Below, piece by piece: positions 7,434-18,525 of a stretch of 32,000 nt of DNA. A program made the position numbers and the translations under genes. Origin of the DNA: Geotalea daltonii FRC-32 (GTDB lineage Bacteria > Desulfobacterota > Desulfuromonadia > Geobacterales > Geobacteraceae); the NCBI RefSeq assembly GCF_000022265.1, contig NC_011979.1:510001-542000 (forward strand), in the 5' to 3' direction. A model generated the notes under the pieces. The model worked only from the letters and a program-made list of their open reading frames with translations, did no database searches and was not told where the DNA came from. Numbering within the stretch: the stretch's first letter is position 1; each line of letters opens with the position of its first letter.

Positions 7434-9089
7434 TTAATATATTATCGAGACCGCATATTCCTCAGGGGAAATCTCGCCGGCAACCAACAATTCAAGAGCT
7501 TCTTCACCGATGCCACGATAGCCCCTGCCGCTCAGGTGCTTGACAATCTCAGTACTGTCCCTGGCGTTTTCAAAAGCTTCGAGCATCGAACTGTCAAAGG
7601 CAATCAGCCCCATCAGATATTTTCGTCCGGCGTAGCCGGTATGTTCGCAGGCCGGGCAACCTTTGGCTCTATAGCAGTCGGCAATGGGGACTTCGATGCG
7701 CAATGCGGCAGTTTCCTCACGTGAGGGAGCGTAACTTTCCTTGCAGTGAGGACAAAGTGTGATGAGTCCTTTGAGGGATACGACACCTTTGAGAAAGGTG
7801 GGAATAAAGTAATTCTTCTGCCAGTAGTGGATGAGGTTTTTGAAGGTGACCGGGACATCGCCGAAGGAAACACCGGCCATGACCAGTTTGCCGTGCATGG
7901 CTGCCTTGCCGGCGGCAATGAAAGCATAGGCGTCGGTGGCATCTTCGATGACGATGATATCGGGGTCATGGTCGAAGGTGGCCATGATTACGGCGCTGAG
8001 CTCGGTAATGTTCCTCGATACAGGAATGCGGGGAAACTTTTTCTTTCCCCTGCCCACGTTGTTGCCGAGGATAAGTACTGTTTGCCCTTGGGTATTCCTT
8101 TCATCAAGGTAAAGGTCCATCAGGCGGCACCTTTCATCTGCATCCCGCATGGAGAAAAGAAGCAGGCCCTTGTCAATGGCGGCGAGATTGCGGTACTCGG
8201 CTTCCTTTTCACTACTGAGACCAATTTCGGATAGGGTGCTGGGGAAGGTGGATGAGAGATGCAGCTTGATGGTTACATAATCTCCTCCCTCGCCCCTGAG
8301 CATGCACACTTGGTAGTGGAGGGTCCTTCCCTTGAGACGGAAGGCGAGCACCCCTCTGGCGGAGGTTTCGTGAAGACCGTTCATCTTTGCCATCCGACGT
8401 ATATGAAGAATCAGTTCAGGGTAGTAACCAGGCTCGAATGCTCCTAGTTCCTTGGTCACGCCTGTCGCCCGCCCGGTGACGAGGACGGAATCTCCTACCG
8501 GCTGCAGCGAAACTGACGATAGTCTGTTCTTGACTATGGACAGCAGCAGGTAGTCGAGCAGCTTTGCCCCACTTAGATCAGCATTGATATTGTCGATGAT
8601 TTTGGGGGGGAAAAGACTGGAAGAAAACCCAAATGAGGCCGGGACGATTTCAGCGCCATAAAACAGCTCCTGCATTTCCCTGATTTCCCTGATCAGGCCA
8701 ACGGAGACAGTGACCAGGCAACCGGTTGTGCTCTCCACGGCCCTAATGGCGTCCTTGTTTAAAGGATCGGCAATGGCAATGCTCAGATCGTCGCCACTCA
8801 GGAAGAGCGGCATCAGGTTGTAGCGGCGGGCAAGTTCGGCCGGTACGCACTCAACCGCTTCCCGCCCAATGTTTTCCTTCTTCAGTCGCACGTAAGGGAT
8901 GTTCAACTGATTGGACAATGCCCAGTCTATGTCTTCCTGAGTGACGATGCCGAGCTTTATCAGCGCCTCGCCGATGCGGATGCCGGAGGTTTGCTGTTCT
9001 TCAAGCGCCGCCTGCAACTCCTGTTCGGTGATGATCTGGGAGTGAAGCAGGATTGATCCCAGCGAACCCTCTTTGACAAGTTTATCCAT
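7434..9089 (-). CDS. PilB/GspE/MshE-family protein with an MshEN-like N-domain and degenerate ATPase motifs
   Basis: The N-terminus carries two tandem 24-aa MshEN-type repeats (res 9-32 and 38-61) separated by 5 residues. The C-terminus has the family tetracysteine site (CPHC...CPAC) and DPDIIVIED. The P-loop position reads GLLLFS-MRDADERC (nt 8127-8150) instead of GPTGSGKT. The Asp box and His box are also replaced. A GGGAGG SD lies 7 nt upstream of the ATG. Confidence 0.9.
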   Translation of the reverse strand: MDKLVKEGSLGSILLHSQIITEQELQAALEEQQTSGIRIGEALIKLGIVTQEDIDWALSNQLNIPYVRLKKENIGREAVECVPAELARRYNLMPLFLSGDDLSIAIADPLNKDAIRAVESTTGCLVTVSVGLIREIREMQELFYGAEIVPASFGFSSSLFPPKIIDNINADLSGAKLLDYLLLSIVKNRLSSVSLQPVGDSVLVTGRATGVTKELGAFEPGYYPELILHIRRMAKMNGLHETSARGVLAFRLKGRTLHYQVCMLRGEGGDYVTIKLHLSSTFPSTLSEIGLSSEKEAEYRNLAAIDKGLLLFSMRDADERCRLMDLYLDERNTQGQTVLILGNNVGRGKKKFPRIPVSRNITELSAVIMATFDHDPDIIVIEDATDAYAFIAAGKAAMHGKLVMAGVSFGDVPVTFKNLIHYWQKNYFIPTFLKGVVSLKGLITLCPHCKESYAPSREETAALRIEVPIADCYRAKGCPACEHTGYAGRKYLMGLIAFDSSMLEAFENARDSTEIVKHLSGRGYRGIGEEALELLVAGEISPEEYAVSIIY

Positions 9090-9276
9090 ACACTACCTCC
9101 CTGGTCACAATGCTTATCGACATTGGCAGCAGATTTATTAGGAATGAAATGCAGACCCTTTACTTTCTTCCTTCGCCTGTGTTAGCCTTTCCGGTCTGCA
9201 GGAAGAAAGCTTCTTGCCAAAAATCAGGCTCCGTGGCACGCGAGGCTGTTGCGACCATGGGACCACAGGAGATAGC

Positions 9277-10284
9277 ATGCAAAAAAAAGCACTAGCCCTT
9301 CTTTCCGGCGGCCTTGATTCCACACTGGCCGTCAAGGTCATGCTCGATCAGGGCATAGCCGTGGAAGCCCTCAATTTCACCTCCCCTTTCTGCACCTGTA
9401 CCAGTAAGAATGCCGGTTGCAAATCAGAGGCCGTTCGGGTTGCCGAGGAGTTCGGCATTCCCATCAAGGTAATGCACAAGGGGCTCGATTACCTGGAGAT
9501 CGTCGGCAACCCCCGGCACGGCTACGGTAAGGGGATGAATCCCTGCATCGATTGTCGCATTTTCCTTCTCACCAAGGCCAGGGAATATATGCAGGCAAGC
9601 GGAGCCCATTTCGTCATCACCGGTGAGGTGCTGGGCCAGCGTCCCATGAGTCAGCGCCGCGACACTCTCCGTGTGATAGAAAGGGAGAGCGGTCTCGAAG
9701 GACTTCTGCTTCGCCCCCTGTCAGCAAAACACTTTGCTCCGACCATTCCGGAACAGGAAGGCTGGGTGGACAGGGACCGGCTTCTGGCGATCCAGGGCCG
9801 TTCGCGAAAGGAGCAGATGCAGCTGGCTGAGGATCTGGATGTGAAAAACTATCCCTGCCCGGCCGGTGGCTGTCTGCTCACGGAAGTTTCCTTTGTTCCC
9901 AAGGTTAAGGATGTCTTTGATCATTCCGATTCCCTCAACCTGAGAGATTTTCGATTGATCAAACTGGGGCGGCATTTCCGCATTGGCGACAGGACCAAAG
10001 TGATTGTCGGTCGTGACGAGGCGGAAAACAATCTGCTCGAATCGGCCGTGCAGGCGGGGGAAGCAACACTGCGTTGGGAAGAAGGGAGCAGCCCGTTAAC
10101 CGTGGTCACGGGCAAGCAGGATGAAGCGCTGCTTGAAAAAGCGGCCAAGATCCTTCTGCGTTACACCAAGGCGGAACCGGACACGGAATGTATCATAAAA
10201 GCGATCGTTGACGGAAGTGAAAAGCAGCTGAAGGTAAAGAAGGACTACTCCGAAGCGATTGTCGAAGGGTTAAGGATCGGCTAG
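9277..10284 (+). CDS. stand-alone PP-loop ATP pyrophosphatase, ThiI/MnmA-like putative tRNA sulfurtransferase
   Basis: SGGLDS PP-loop at res 10-15, counted from ATG 9277. ITGEVLGQRPMSQ and RPL resemble the ThiI catalytic domain. Cys motifs CTC, C, CIDC and CPAGGC are present. ATG 9277 is preferred because an AGGAGA SD lies 5 nt upstream and the family N-terminus begins there. The track's start at 9214 adds 21 unlikely residues. Confidence 0.82.
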   Translation: MQKKALALLSGGLDSTLAVKVMLDQGIAVEALNFTSPFCTCTSKNAGCKSEAVRVAEEFGIPIKVMHKGLDYLEIVGNPRHGYGKGMNPCIDCRIFLLTKAREYMQASGAHFVITGEVLGQRPMSQRRDTLRVIERESGLEGLLLRPLSAKHFAPTIPEQEGWVDRDRLLAIQGRSRKEQMQLAEDLDVKNYPCPAGGCLLTEVSFVPKVKDVFDHSDSLNLRDFRLIKLGRHFRIGDRTKVIVGRDEAENNLLESAVQAGEATLRWEEGSSPLTVVTGKQDEALLEKAAKILLRYTKAEPDTECIIKAIVDGSEKQLKVKKDYSEAIVEGLRIG

Positions 10285-10313
10285 TTCTGTCCTCTTGCGC
10301 TTTTGTTCGAACA

Positions 10314-11279
10314 TCATTTCTGTTCTGCCTGGGTGTCTGCTTCAGGCTGAGCTTGTTCTTCTGTAGCCGGCGGAACATTCTGCCGGCTATCTTCTTCCAT
10401 GTCCGGCTGAGCTCCGTTGACGGCACCCTCCCCGTCAGTCGTGGGTTCGGCCTTACTCTCCTCTTCATTTTTAGCGCTGCTGATGTTGGGCAGCAGCACC
10501 TCTTCCTTCTTTATACTCTCATCGACCTTTTTCTGCAGTCGGCCGATATTGGGCGATTCTGCCAGAGCCTGCCGGTATTCAGCTTGTGATAGTACTCCTT
10601 TGTTCAGCAACAGACGCAGGATCATGTTGGAACGTTTCAGCACCTTACCCATGTTCCGGTAAGGGTTGTAAGCCACCCGTGGTCCCGGCAGCATTGCCGC
10701 GAATATGGCACATTCACGTGGTGTCAAGGCTGACGCGGGCTTGCCGAAGTAATAGTGTGCCCCATGACCAATGCCATAGACCATCGGTCCAAGTTCGACC
10801 AGGTTCAGATAAAGCTCAATGATTCTCCCCTTGGTCAACTCCTGCTCCATGCGCCTGGCGAGCACCACTTCCTTGACTTTTCTGGAAATGGTTTTCTCCC
10901 GGGAGAGGAACAGATTTTTAGCCACTTGCTGGGTTATGGTGGAGGCACCCCTGGCGAAAGTCTTTTTCTCCAGGTCATATTTGATGGCATTCTTGATTGC
11001 CTTGACGTCGATACCTTCATGCTTGTAAAAATTGGCATCTTCAGCCAAAATCACCGCCCACTTCATTTCCGGCGGGATGCTGGCACCGGAGGTCCAGTAC
11101 CTGTTCTTCGGGCCCACGACAAAAGGATGATACTTGCCGTGCCAGTCTCTGACCTGGATGGTCATGCTCGCCCTGCGCTTCTGCAGATCGGAAACGGAAG
11201 GCAGAAGCATCAGGGATACGCCGATATAGGCGGCGTAAAGAATGGCCAGTCCTGCCAGGATCACAAATATTTTTTTCAT
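10314..11279 (-). CDS. mtgA: monofunctional peptidoglycan glycosyltransferase (GT51) with an acidic C-terminal tail
   Basis: An N-terminal membrane anchor is followed by the GT51 motifs EDANFYKHEG, GASTITQQVAKN and RKVKE. There is no transpeptidase domain. The last roughly 70 aa are E/D/Q/P-rich low complexity. Confidence 0.9.
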   Translation of the reverse strand: MKKIFVILAGLAILYAAYIGVSLMLLPSVSDLQKRRASMTIQVRDWHGKYHPFVVGPKNRYWTSGASIPPEMKWAVILAEDANFYKHEGIDVKAIKNAIKYDLEKKTFARGASTITQQVAKNLFLSREKTISRKVKEVVLARRMEQELTKGRIIELYLNLVELGPMVYGIGHGAHYYFGKPASALTPRECAIFAAMLPGPRVAYNPYRNMGKVLKRSNMILRLLLNKGVLSQAEYRQALAESPNIGRLQKKVDESIKKEEVLLPNISSAKNEEESKAEPTTDGEGAVNGAQPDMEEDSRQNVPPATEEQAQPEADTQAEQK

Positions 11280-12295
11280 GCTTTTCTCGTCTGCCTGACA
11301 ACTGCCATTTCTGCAGCCATTTTTATTGCGGCAACCATACTCTCTTCCGAGGCAATCCCTTTACCGGCGAGGTTGTAGGCCGTGCCGTGATCGACCGAGG
11401 TCCGGATGATGGGGAGCCCAAGGGTCACATTGACACCGTCATCGAAGTGGAGCAGCTTCAGCGGAATCAGCCCCTGGTCGTGATACATGCAGATGACGGC
11501 GTCATAATCGCCTTTCACGGCCAGATGGAAGAGGGTATCTGCCGACAGGGGGCCTGTTGCGTCGATGCCTTCTGACCTGGCTGCCTCCACTGCAGGTCGT
11601 ATGATGTCTTGGTCTTCATTGCCGAACATGCCACCTTCACCGCAATGGGGGTTGAGGGCCAGCACGGCCAGACGGGGCCGCGGGGTAAAGTAGCGTGCCA
11701 GGTCCCCATTTGTGGTGCGGATGGTGGCGAGGACCTTGTCGAAAGTTACCAAGCGCGGCACATCAGCCAAGGCTTCATGTATAGTCACCAAAGTTACCCT
11801 CAATCGGCTGCCTGCCAGCATCATGACGAAATTGTCGGTTCCGGTCAATTCCGCCAGCAGTTCCGTGTGGCCGGGGTAATGATGACCGGCGGCGTTCATG
11901 GCTTCTTTGTTGATGGGAGCGGTTGCCATGGCGTCCACCTCACCCTTGAGACAGAGCCTGGCGGCTTCGGTGATATAACGGAAAACAGCATCGCCACCGG
12001 CTGCTGTTGGCTTGCCGTACTCCATATCTTGTGGGGCAAGATCCGATAGTGGCTTCAGGTATAGCTCGCCCGATGCCGGATCGCGATCCGGCATCTCTTC
12101 GACGGTTGTAATTCTAAGATCCGCTGCCAGTAGATCAATGGCTCGTTGAAGCACAGACCGGTCGCCAATGATCACCGGCCTGCAGCTGGCGAGTATCTCC
12201 CGTCTGGCCATGGACTTGACGATGATCTCCGGTCCAATGCCGGCCGGATCTCCCATGGTAACGGCTATAGCAGGTCTGATATCAAACCCCATCAT
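11276..12295 (-). CDS. pdxA: 4-hydroxythreonine-4-phosphate dehydrogenase
   Basis: MGDPAGIGPEI, GHTELLA, HDQGLIPLK and SVDHGTAYNLAGKG are characteristic PdxA motifs. The stop overlaps the mtgA start by 4 nt, which suggests an operon. Confidence 0.93.
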   Translation of the reverse strand: MMGFDIRPAIAVTMGDPAGIGPEIIVKSMARREILASCRPVIIGDRSVLQRAIDLLAADLRITTVEEMPDRDPASGELYLKPLSDLAPQDMEYGKPTAAGGDAVFRYITEAARLCLKGEVDAMATAPINKEAMNAAGHHYPGHTELLAELTGTDNFVMMLAGSRLRVTLVTIHEALADVPRLVTFDKVLATIRTTNGDLARYFTPRPRLAVLALNPHCGEGGMFGNEDQDIIRPAVEAARSEGIDATGPLSADTLFHLAVKGDYDAVICMYHDQGLIPLKLLHFDDGVNVTLGLPIIRTSVDHGTAYNLAGKGIASEESMVAAIKMAAEMAVVRQTRKA

Positions 12296-12477
12296 TATCT
12301 CCTGTTAAAGGTATTTTCTTGTACCAAGGAAAACATTCAGCTTTTAACTTCTGGTCGCATTGAGAAGCTGATAGCCAGCAGATGAGGTGAGGAGGCATGA
12401 TGGGCTTAAACCATCGCAGGACAGGCCAGTATTAGCAAAAGTTGGCCAAAATCACTCCACTGCCTGTAAACCTGTCT

Positions 12478-12506
12478 CTCATATTGACATCAGGCCCAAT
12501 TGTCAA
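12478..12506 (-). promoter_or_regulatory. candidate sigma70 promoter for pdxA-mtgA
   Basis: The minus strand reads TTGACA, then 17 nt, then TATGAG. This would give a leader of roughly 170 nt before the pdxA ATG. The call rests on motif match only. Confidence 0.3.
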
Positions 12507-12889
12507 TGGGTTATTTTGGACCTATCGGAACCTGGAGGTGAATTGAGCGCTGTCTTGGCATTTTCTATAGCTTCCATTTCCTTGAGCTTCTCTCCCAGCC
12601 AGAAATGAATTTCTTTCGCTGTCTGATGGCTGAGCACCACCCCCGAAGAAATGAACCTGACGAAACTGCGCTGCAGATCAGCGGGTTCAACTGCCGATTC
12701 CCGGCCAATGCTGCCGTTGGCTGCGAGCTCATGGCTGATGGAGTTTGGCAGCGGCTGCCGCTCAAGATAGAAATTGACGACCAGTTCTCCTCTGGGGGTG
12801 ACTCCGCCATGGGCCCCATTCACATATACTGGGTTGTAGGAGTCATCGAAGATATATTTGAATTTCAGTTCATTCTTCTTGTCGGACAT
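12503..12889 (-). CDS. hypothetical protein, possibly a distant DUF3467-like protein
   Basis: A strong AAGGAGAA SD lies 8 nt upstream of the ATG. The pattern YVNGAHGG..ELVVNFYLE ... SHQTAKEIHFWLGEKLKEME resembles the DUF3467 pattern (YAN..HS..EFV.DF ... P..AK.L...L...YE) as I recall it. That family assignment is tentative. Confidence 0.6.
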   Translation of the reverse strand: MSDKKNELKFKYIFDDSYNPVYVNGAHGGVTPRGELVVNFYLERQPLPNSISHELAANGSIGRESAVEPADLQRSFVRFISSGVVLSHQTAKEIHFWLGEKLKEMEAIENAKTALNSPPGSDRSKITH

Positions 12890-13032
12890 CTGCGTATTCT
12901 CCTTGGGAAATATGATTATGCTCAGGTTTTAGCAGAATATGCCTGATTTTGAAAACAAAAACAGTGCCTGCATGTCCCGCTTGACCATGATTGGCCGGTG
13001 AGGTTATTATTTATGCCGGGAGAGGAGCGATA

Positions 13033-13560
13033 ATGAAAAGTTTAGGCAACTACCGTGCCCTGCTGGCCAAAGTCGACGAAATGACCGCAGGCATAAGCAC
13101 TGCACATGCTGCGCATATCACTTGTCACAGGGGGTGCGACAGCTGTTGTCGTCATCTGTCCCTTTCCTTGGTGGAGGGGGTAGCCTTGGCTGAAGCCCTG
13201 AGTTCACTGCCGGAGGATAAGGCATGCTTTCTGCGGGAAAAGGCAAAAGCCGCAACAGCAGATGGACCTTGCCCGCTTCTTGATAATGGTGAATGTGCAC
13301 TCTACGTCCATCGTCCCATTATCTGCCGGACCCACGGGCTGCCGATCCTGGTGTCCGAGGGTGATGGGCAACGCATTGATTTTTGTCCCCTGAATTTCAG
13401 GAATGTGCAGACACTTCCCGGCGATGCGGTCGTTGCTCTCGAACGGCTCAATACCATTCTTGCTGCGGTCAACAAGTTCTTTGTCACCGAGTATCATGCT
13501 GCCGGTACTTCCGGCAAGGACCGCCTCTCCATTGCCGAGGCATTGCTACTGGAAGTTTGA
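13033..13560 (+). CDS. YkgJ-family (UPF0153) cysteine-cluster zinc/iron-chelating protein
   Basis: CHRGCDSCC cluster near the N-terminus and CPLLDNGECALYVHRPIICRTHG in the middle are typical of the family. I prefer ATG 13033, preceded by GGAGAGGAG, over the track's TTG 12991. Confidence 0.8.
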   Translation: MKSLGNYRALLAKVDEMTAGISTAHAAHITCHRGCDSCCRHLSLSLVEGVALAEALSSLPEDKACFLREKAKAATADGPCPLLDNGECALYVHRPIICRTHGLPILVSEGDGQRIDFCPLNFRNVQTLPGDAVVALERLNTILAAVNKFFVTEYHAAGTSGKDRLSIAEALLLEV

Positions 13561-13584
13561 AGGGATGGTGGCTTTGAATAACAG

Positions 13585-13612
13585 AAAAGGCATGTGAAGC
13601 ACATGCCTTTTT
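13585..13612 (+). terminator. rho-independent terminator after the ykgJ-like gene
   Basis: Stem GGCATGTG (13589-13596) / CACATGCC (13600-13607) with loop AAG, followed by T5 (13608-13612). A4 lies upstream. Confidence 0.7.
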
Positions 13613-13624
13613 GTCATCATGATG

Positions 13625-13651
13625 AAAAAGAGCGGCAAAGCCGCTCTTTTT
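13625..13651 (-). terminator. rho-independent terminator after atpC (symmetric, usable on both strands)
   Basis: Stem AGAGCGGC (13629-13636) / GCCGCTCT (13640-13647) with loop AAA, flanked by an A-run and a T-run. It lies 7 nt beyond the atpC stop on the minus strand. Confidence 0.7.
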
Positions 13652-13657
13652 GTGTAT

Positions 13658-14074
13658 CTACCGTCTGCCGCTTTTGCCGGCAACCTGAACCCTGATCAGG
13701 GCACGTTCAAGGGCTGCCTCATAAACCCTGAAGCTTTTGTCTTCAGGATTGAGCTTTTTCAAGGCTTCTTCAGCGCGGCCCAGTGCTGATTTCGCCCGCT
13801 CCAGGTCAATTTCATCGGCCTTTTCGGCGGTTTCCACAAGCACGGTCACCTTGTCGTTTTCAACTTCAAAGTAGCCCCAGTTAAGGGCCAGATGAGAAAT
13901 GACGCCGTCCTTTTTGTAGGAGAGCTCGCCGATCTTGAGGGAGGTGAGGAAAGGAGCGTGACCGGGCAGTACGCCAAATTCGCCAAGCGCGCCGGTGGCC
14001 GTAATTTCGTCTACCTCTTCGGTGAGTACCTTTTTGTAAGGTGTTACCAGTTCTACTTTCAATTTTTCAGCCAT
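13658..14074 (-). CDS. atpC: F1 ATP synthase subunit epsilon
   Basis: 138 aa. LKVELVTP...GEFGVLPGHAPFLTSL is the classic epsilon N-terminal beta-sandwich signature. It is followed by a helical C-terminal hairpin. The gene is last in the atp cluster. Confidence 0.95.
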   Translation of the reverse strand: MAEKLKVELVTPYKKVLTEEVDEITATGALGEFGVLPGHAPFLTSLKIGELSYKKDGVISHLALNWGYFEVENDKVTVLVETAEKADEIDLERAKSALGRAEEALKKLNPEDKSFRVYEAALERALIRVQVAGKSGRR

Positions 14075-14115
14075 CTATCGTTATCCTTTTTTCAGGAGTC
14101 GTTACGGCAAAACAA

Positions 14116-15561
<1,446 letters not shown>

Positions 15562-15582
15562 CTATTTTGTATGCGTTAAGCT

Positions 15583-16446
15583 TTATCCTTTTATTGATTC
15601 AGCGCCGGAAATGATCTCCATCAGTTCGGTAGTAATAGCGGCCTGACGGGCACGGTTATACTGGAGTGTCAGTTTCCCGATCATTTCGTTGGCGTTTTTC
15701 GATGCACTGTCCATGGCTGTCATTCTGGCCCCATGCTCGGAGGCCACTGACTCAAGGAGAGACTTGAATATCTGGACTTCAATGTGTTTCGGCAGCAACT
15801 CACCGAGGAGTTCGGACTTGGAGGGCTCGTAAATATATTCGGGTGCGTACTCTTCGTCTGCTGCTTCAGGGGGTGTAACAGGCAGTAGCTGTTCCAGGGT
15901 TATATCCTGGGACATGACGCTACGGAAGGCATTATAAATGATAAAGACTTCGTCGAATTCCTCGTCCAGATAACCCTGGATTACTTCCTGGGCCAGCAGG
16001 GCAGCTGTCTGATAGTTGAGGTTGGAGAAAACTGTGCCGAAATTCTTACGAATCTTCTGCCGGTTTTTCAGGAATTCATAACCCTTGCGACCGATGGTCA
16101 TGATGGAGAGATCGGTGAATTCAGCACCCCGTTCCTTGACGAAACGCTCTGCAGCTTTGCAGAGGTTTGCATTGAAGCCGCCGCACAGCCCACGATCGGA
16201 TGTGACGACGATCAGCAATGCTTTTCCGGTGGTACGTTTAATCATCAGCGGACTGGAGTCCGCGTCCTGATTCCTGGACAGCCTGCCCAGCACTTCGCCA
16301 AGCTTCGCCGCGTAGGGACGGGCAGCTACGACATTTTCCTGGGCGCGGCGCAGCTTTGCAGCGGAGACCATTTTCATGGCCTTTGTTATTTGCCCCGTAT
16401 TTTTGACCGAGACAATGCGCTTTTTTATACTTTTAAGACTCGCCAT
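15583..16446 (-). CDS. atpG: F1 ATP synthase subunit gamma
   Basis: N-terminus [30 protein letters not shown] and C-terminus [20 protein letters not shown] are canonical gamma termini. Confidence 0.97.
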   Translation of the reverse strand: MASLKSIKKRIVSVKNTGQITKAMKMVSAAKLRRAQENVVAARPYAAKLGEVLGRLSRNQDADSSPLMIKRTTGKALLIVVTSDRGLCGGFNANLCKAAERFVKERGAEFTDLSIMTIGRKGYEFLKNRQKIRKNFGTVFSNLNYQTAALLAQEVIQGYLDEEFDEVFIIYNAFRSVMSQDITLEQLLPVTPPEAADEEYAPEYIYEPSKSELLGELLPKHIEVQIFKSLLESVASEHGARMTAMDSASKNANEMIGKLTLQYNRARQAAITTELMEIISGAESIKG

Positions 16447-16464
16447 GCGAAGATACCGTCCTTA

Positions 16465-17973
<1,509 letters not shown>

Positions 17974-17982
17974 AGAAACGTC

Positions 17983-18525
17983 TCACCCCTTCTGTAATAT
18001 ATCCTGAATTTTCGCTAACTGCGTTTTTATGCTTCCGTCAAATACCTTGTCACCGATCTTTGTCACAACTCCGCCAATCAAAGAAGGATCGACCTCTACT
18101 TTGAGCACAACCTTTTTCCCCGTGGCCTTGGTCAGGGAGTTCTTGATTTCGTCGATCTGGCTCTGCTCGAGCGGCAAGCCCGAAGTCAACGTGGGCCGGA
18201 TAACGCCGGAAAGGTCATCGGCAAAGCTGTTGAAGCTCTCAACAATCTGCGGCAGGAAAGGAAGTCTGTTCCTGTCAAGCAGTAGTTGGAGAAAATTGGC
18301 GACATTATTGGAAAGCCCGAGCTTGGTCATGATCTCTTTGAGGATTTCCTTTTTTGCTTCGATGCCGTAAGCAGGGTTACTGAAAACAGCAGTCAGGCTT
18401 GTGCTCCCGGCCAACACTCCGGTGAACTGGCTCAACTCGCCACTGAACTTATCGACATTGCCTTCTTCGGCGCCAATTTGAACCAGTGCCTTGGCATAAC
18501 GTTTTGCAATCGCATTAGTACTCAA
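17983..18525 (-). CDS. atpH: F1 ATP synthase subunit delta (OSCP)
   Basis: 180 aa. RYAKAL at the N-terminus and [25 protein letters not shown] at the C-terminus are typical of delta. The gene sits between atpF and atpA and overlaps the atpF stop by 4 nt. Confidence 0.92.

Noticed and set aside
7715-7726. A 12-bp perfect palindrome, CCTCACGTGAGG, with a parS-like CACGTG centre.
   Set aside because: The flanks do not match parS (TGTTTCACGTGAAACA), and the palindrome lies inside the pilB-like CDS. Several perfect 12-bp palindromes are expected by chance in 32 kb.
9234-9252. A sigma54-like TGGCAC...TTGC upstream of the PP-loop gene.
   Set aside because: The GG to GC spacing is 16 nt instead of the required 12, so the -24 and -12 elements are out of register. 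Other TGGCAC occurrences lie inside coding regions.
9281-9288. Homopolymer tracts near gene starts as possible phase-variation switches: A8 at codons 2-4 of the PP-loop gene, and A9/T9 at 25260-25268 in atpZ.
   Set aside because: Both simply encode Lys-Lys in housekeeping-type genes. The tract lengths are modest, and nothing such as alternative frames or surface-exposed products suggests contingency-locus behaviour.
12483-12507. A 7-bp inverted repeat, ATTGACA-N11-TGTCAAT, overlapping the candidate pdxA -35 element and the stop codon of the DUF3467-like gene.
   Set aside because: Short inverted repeats with a free spacer are expected dozens of times per window by chance. There is no GC-rich stem or U-run to suggest a terminator. 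I kept it only as part of a low-confidence promoter call.
12387-12608. A 73-aa plus-strand ORF preceded by a strong-looking GGTGAGGAGG.
   Set aside because: It has a GTG start and runs antisense into the 3' end of the DUF3467-like gene. It matches no recognisable family. The in-frame ATG ATG after the SD-like sequence belongs to a different frame that stops after 12 codons.
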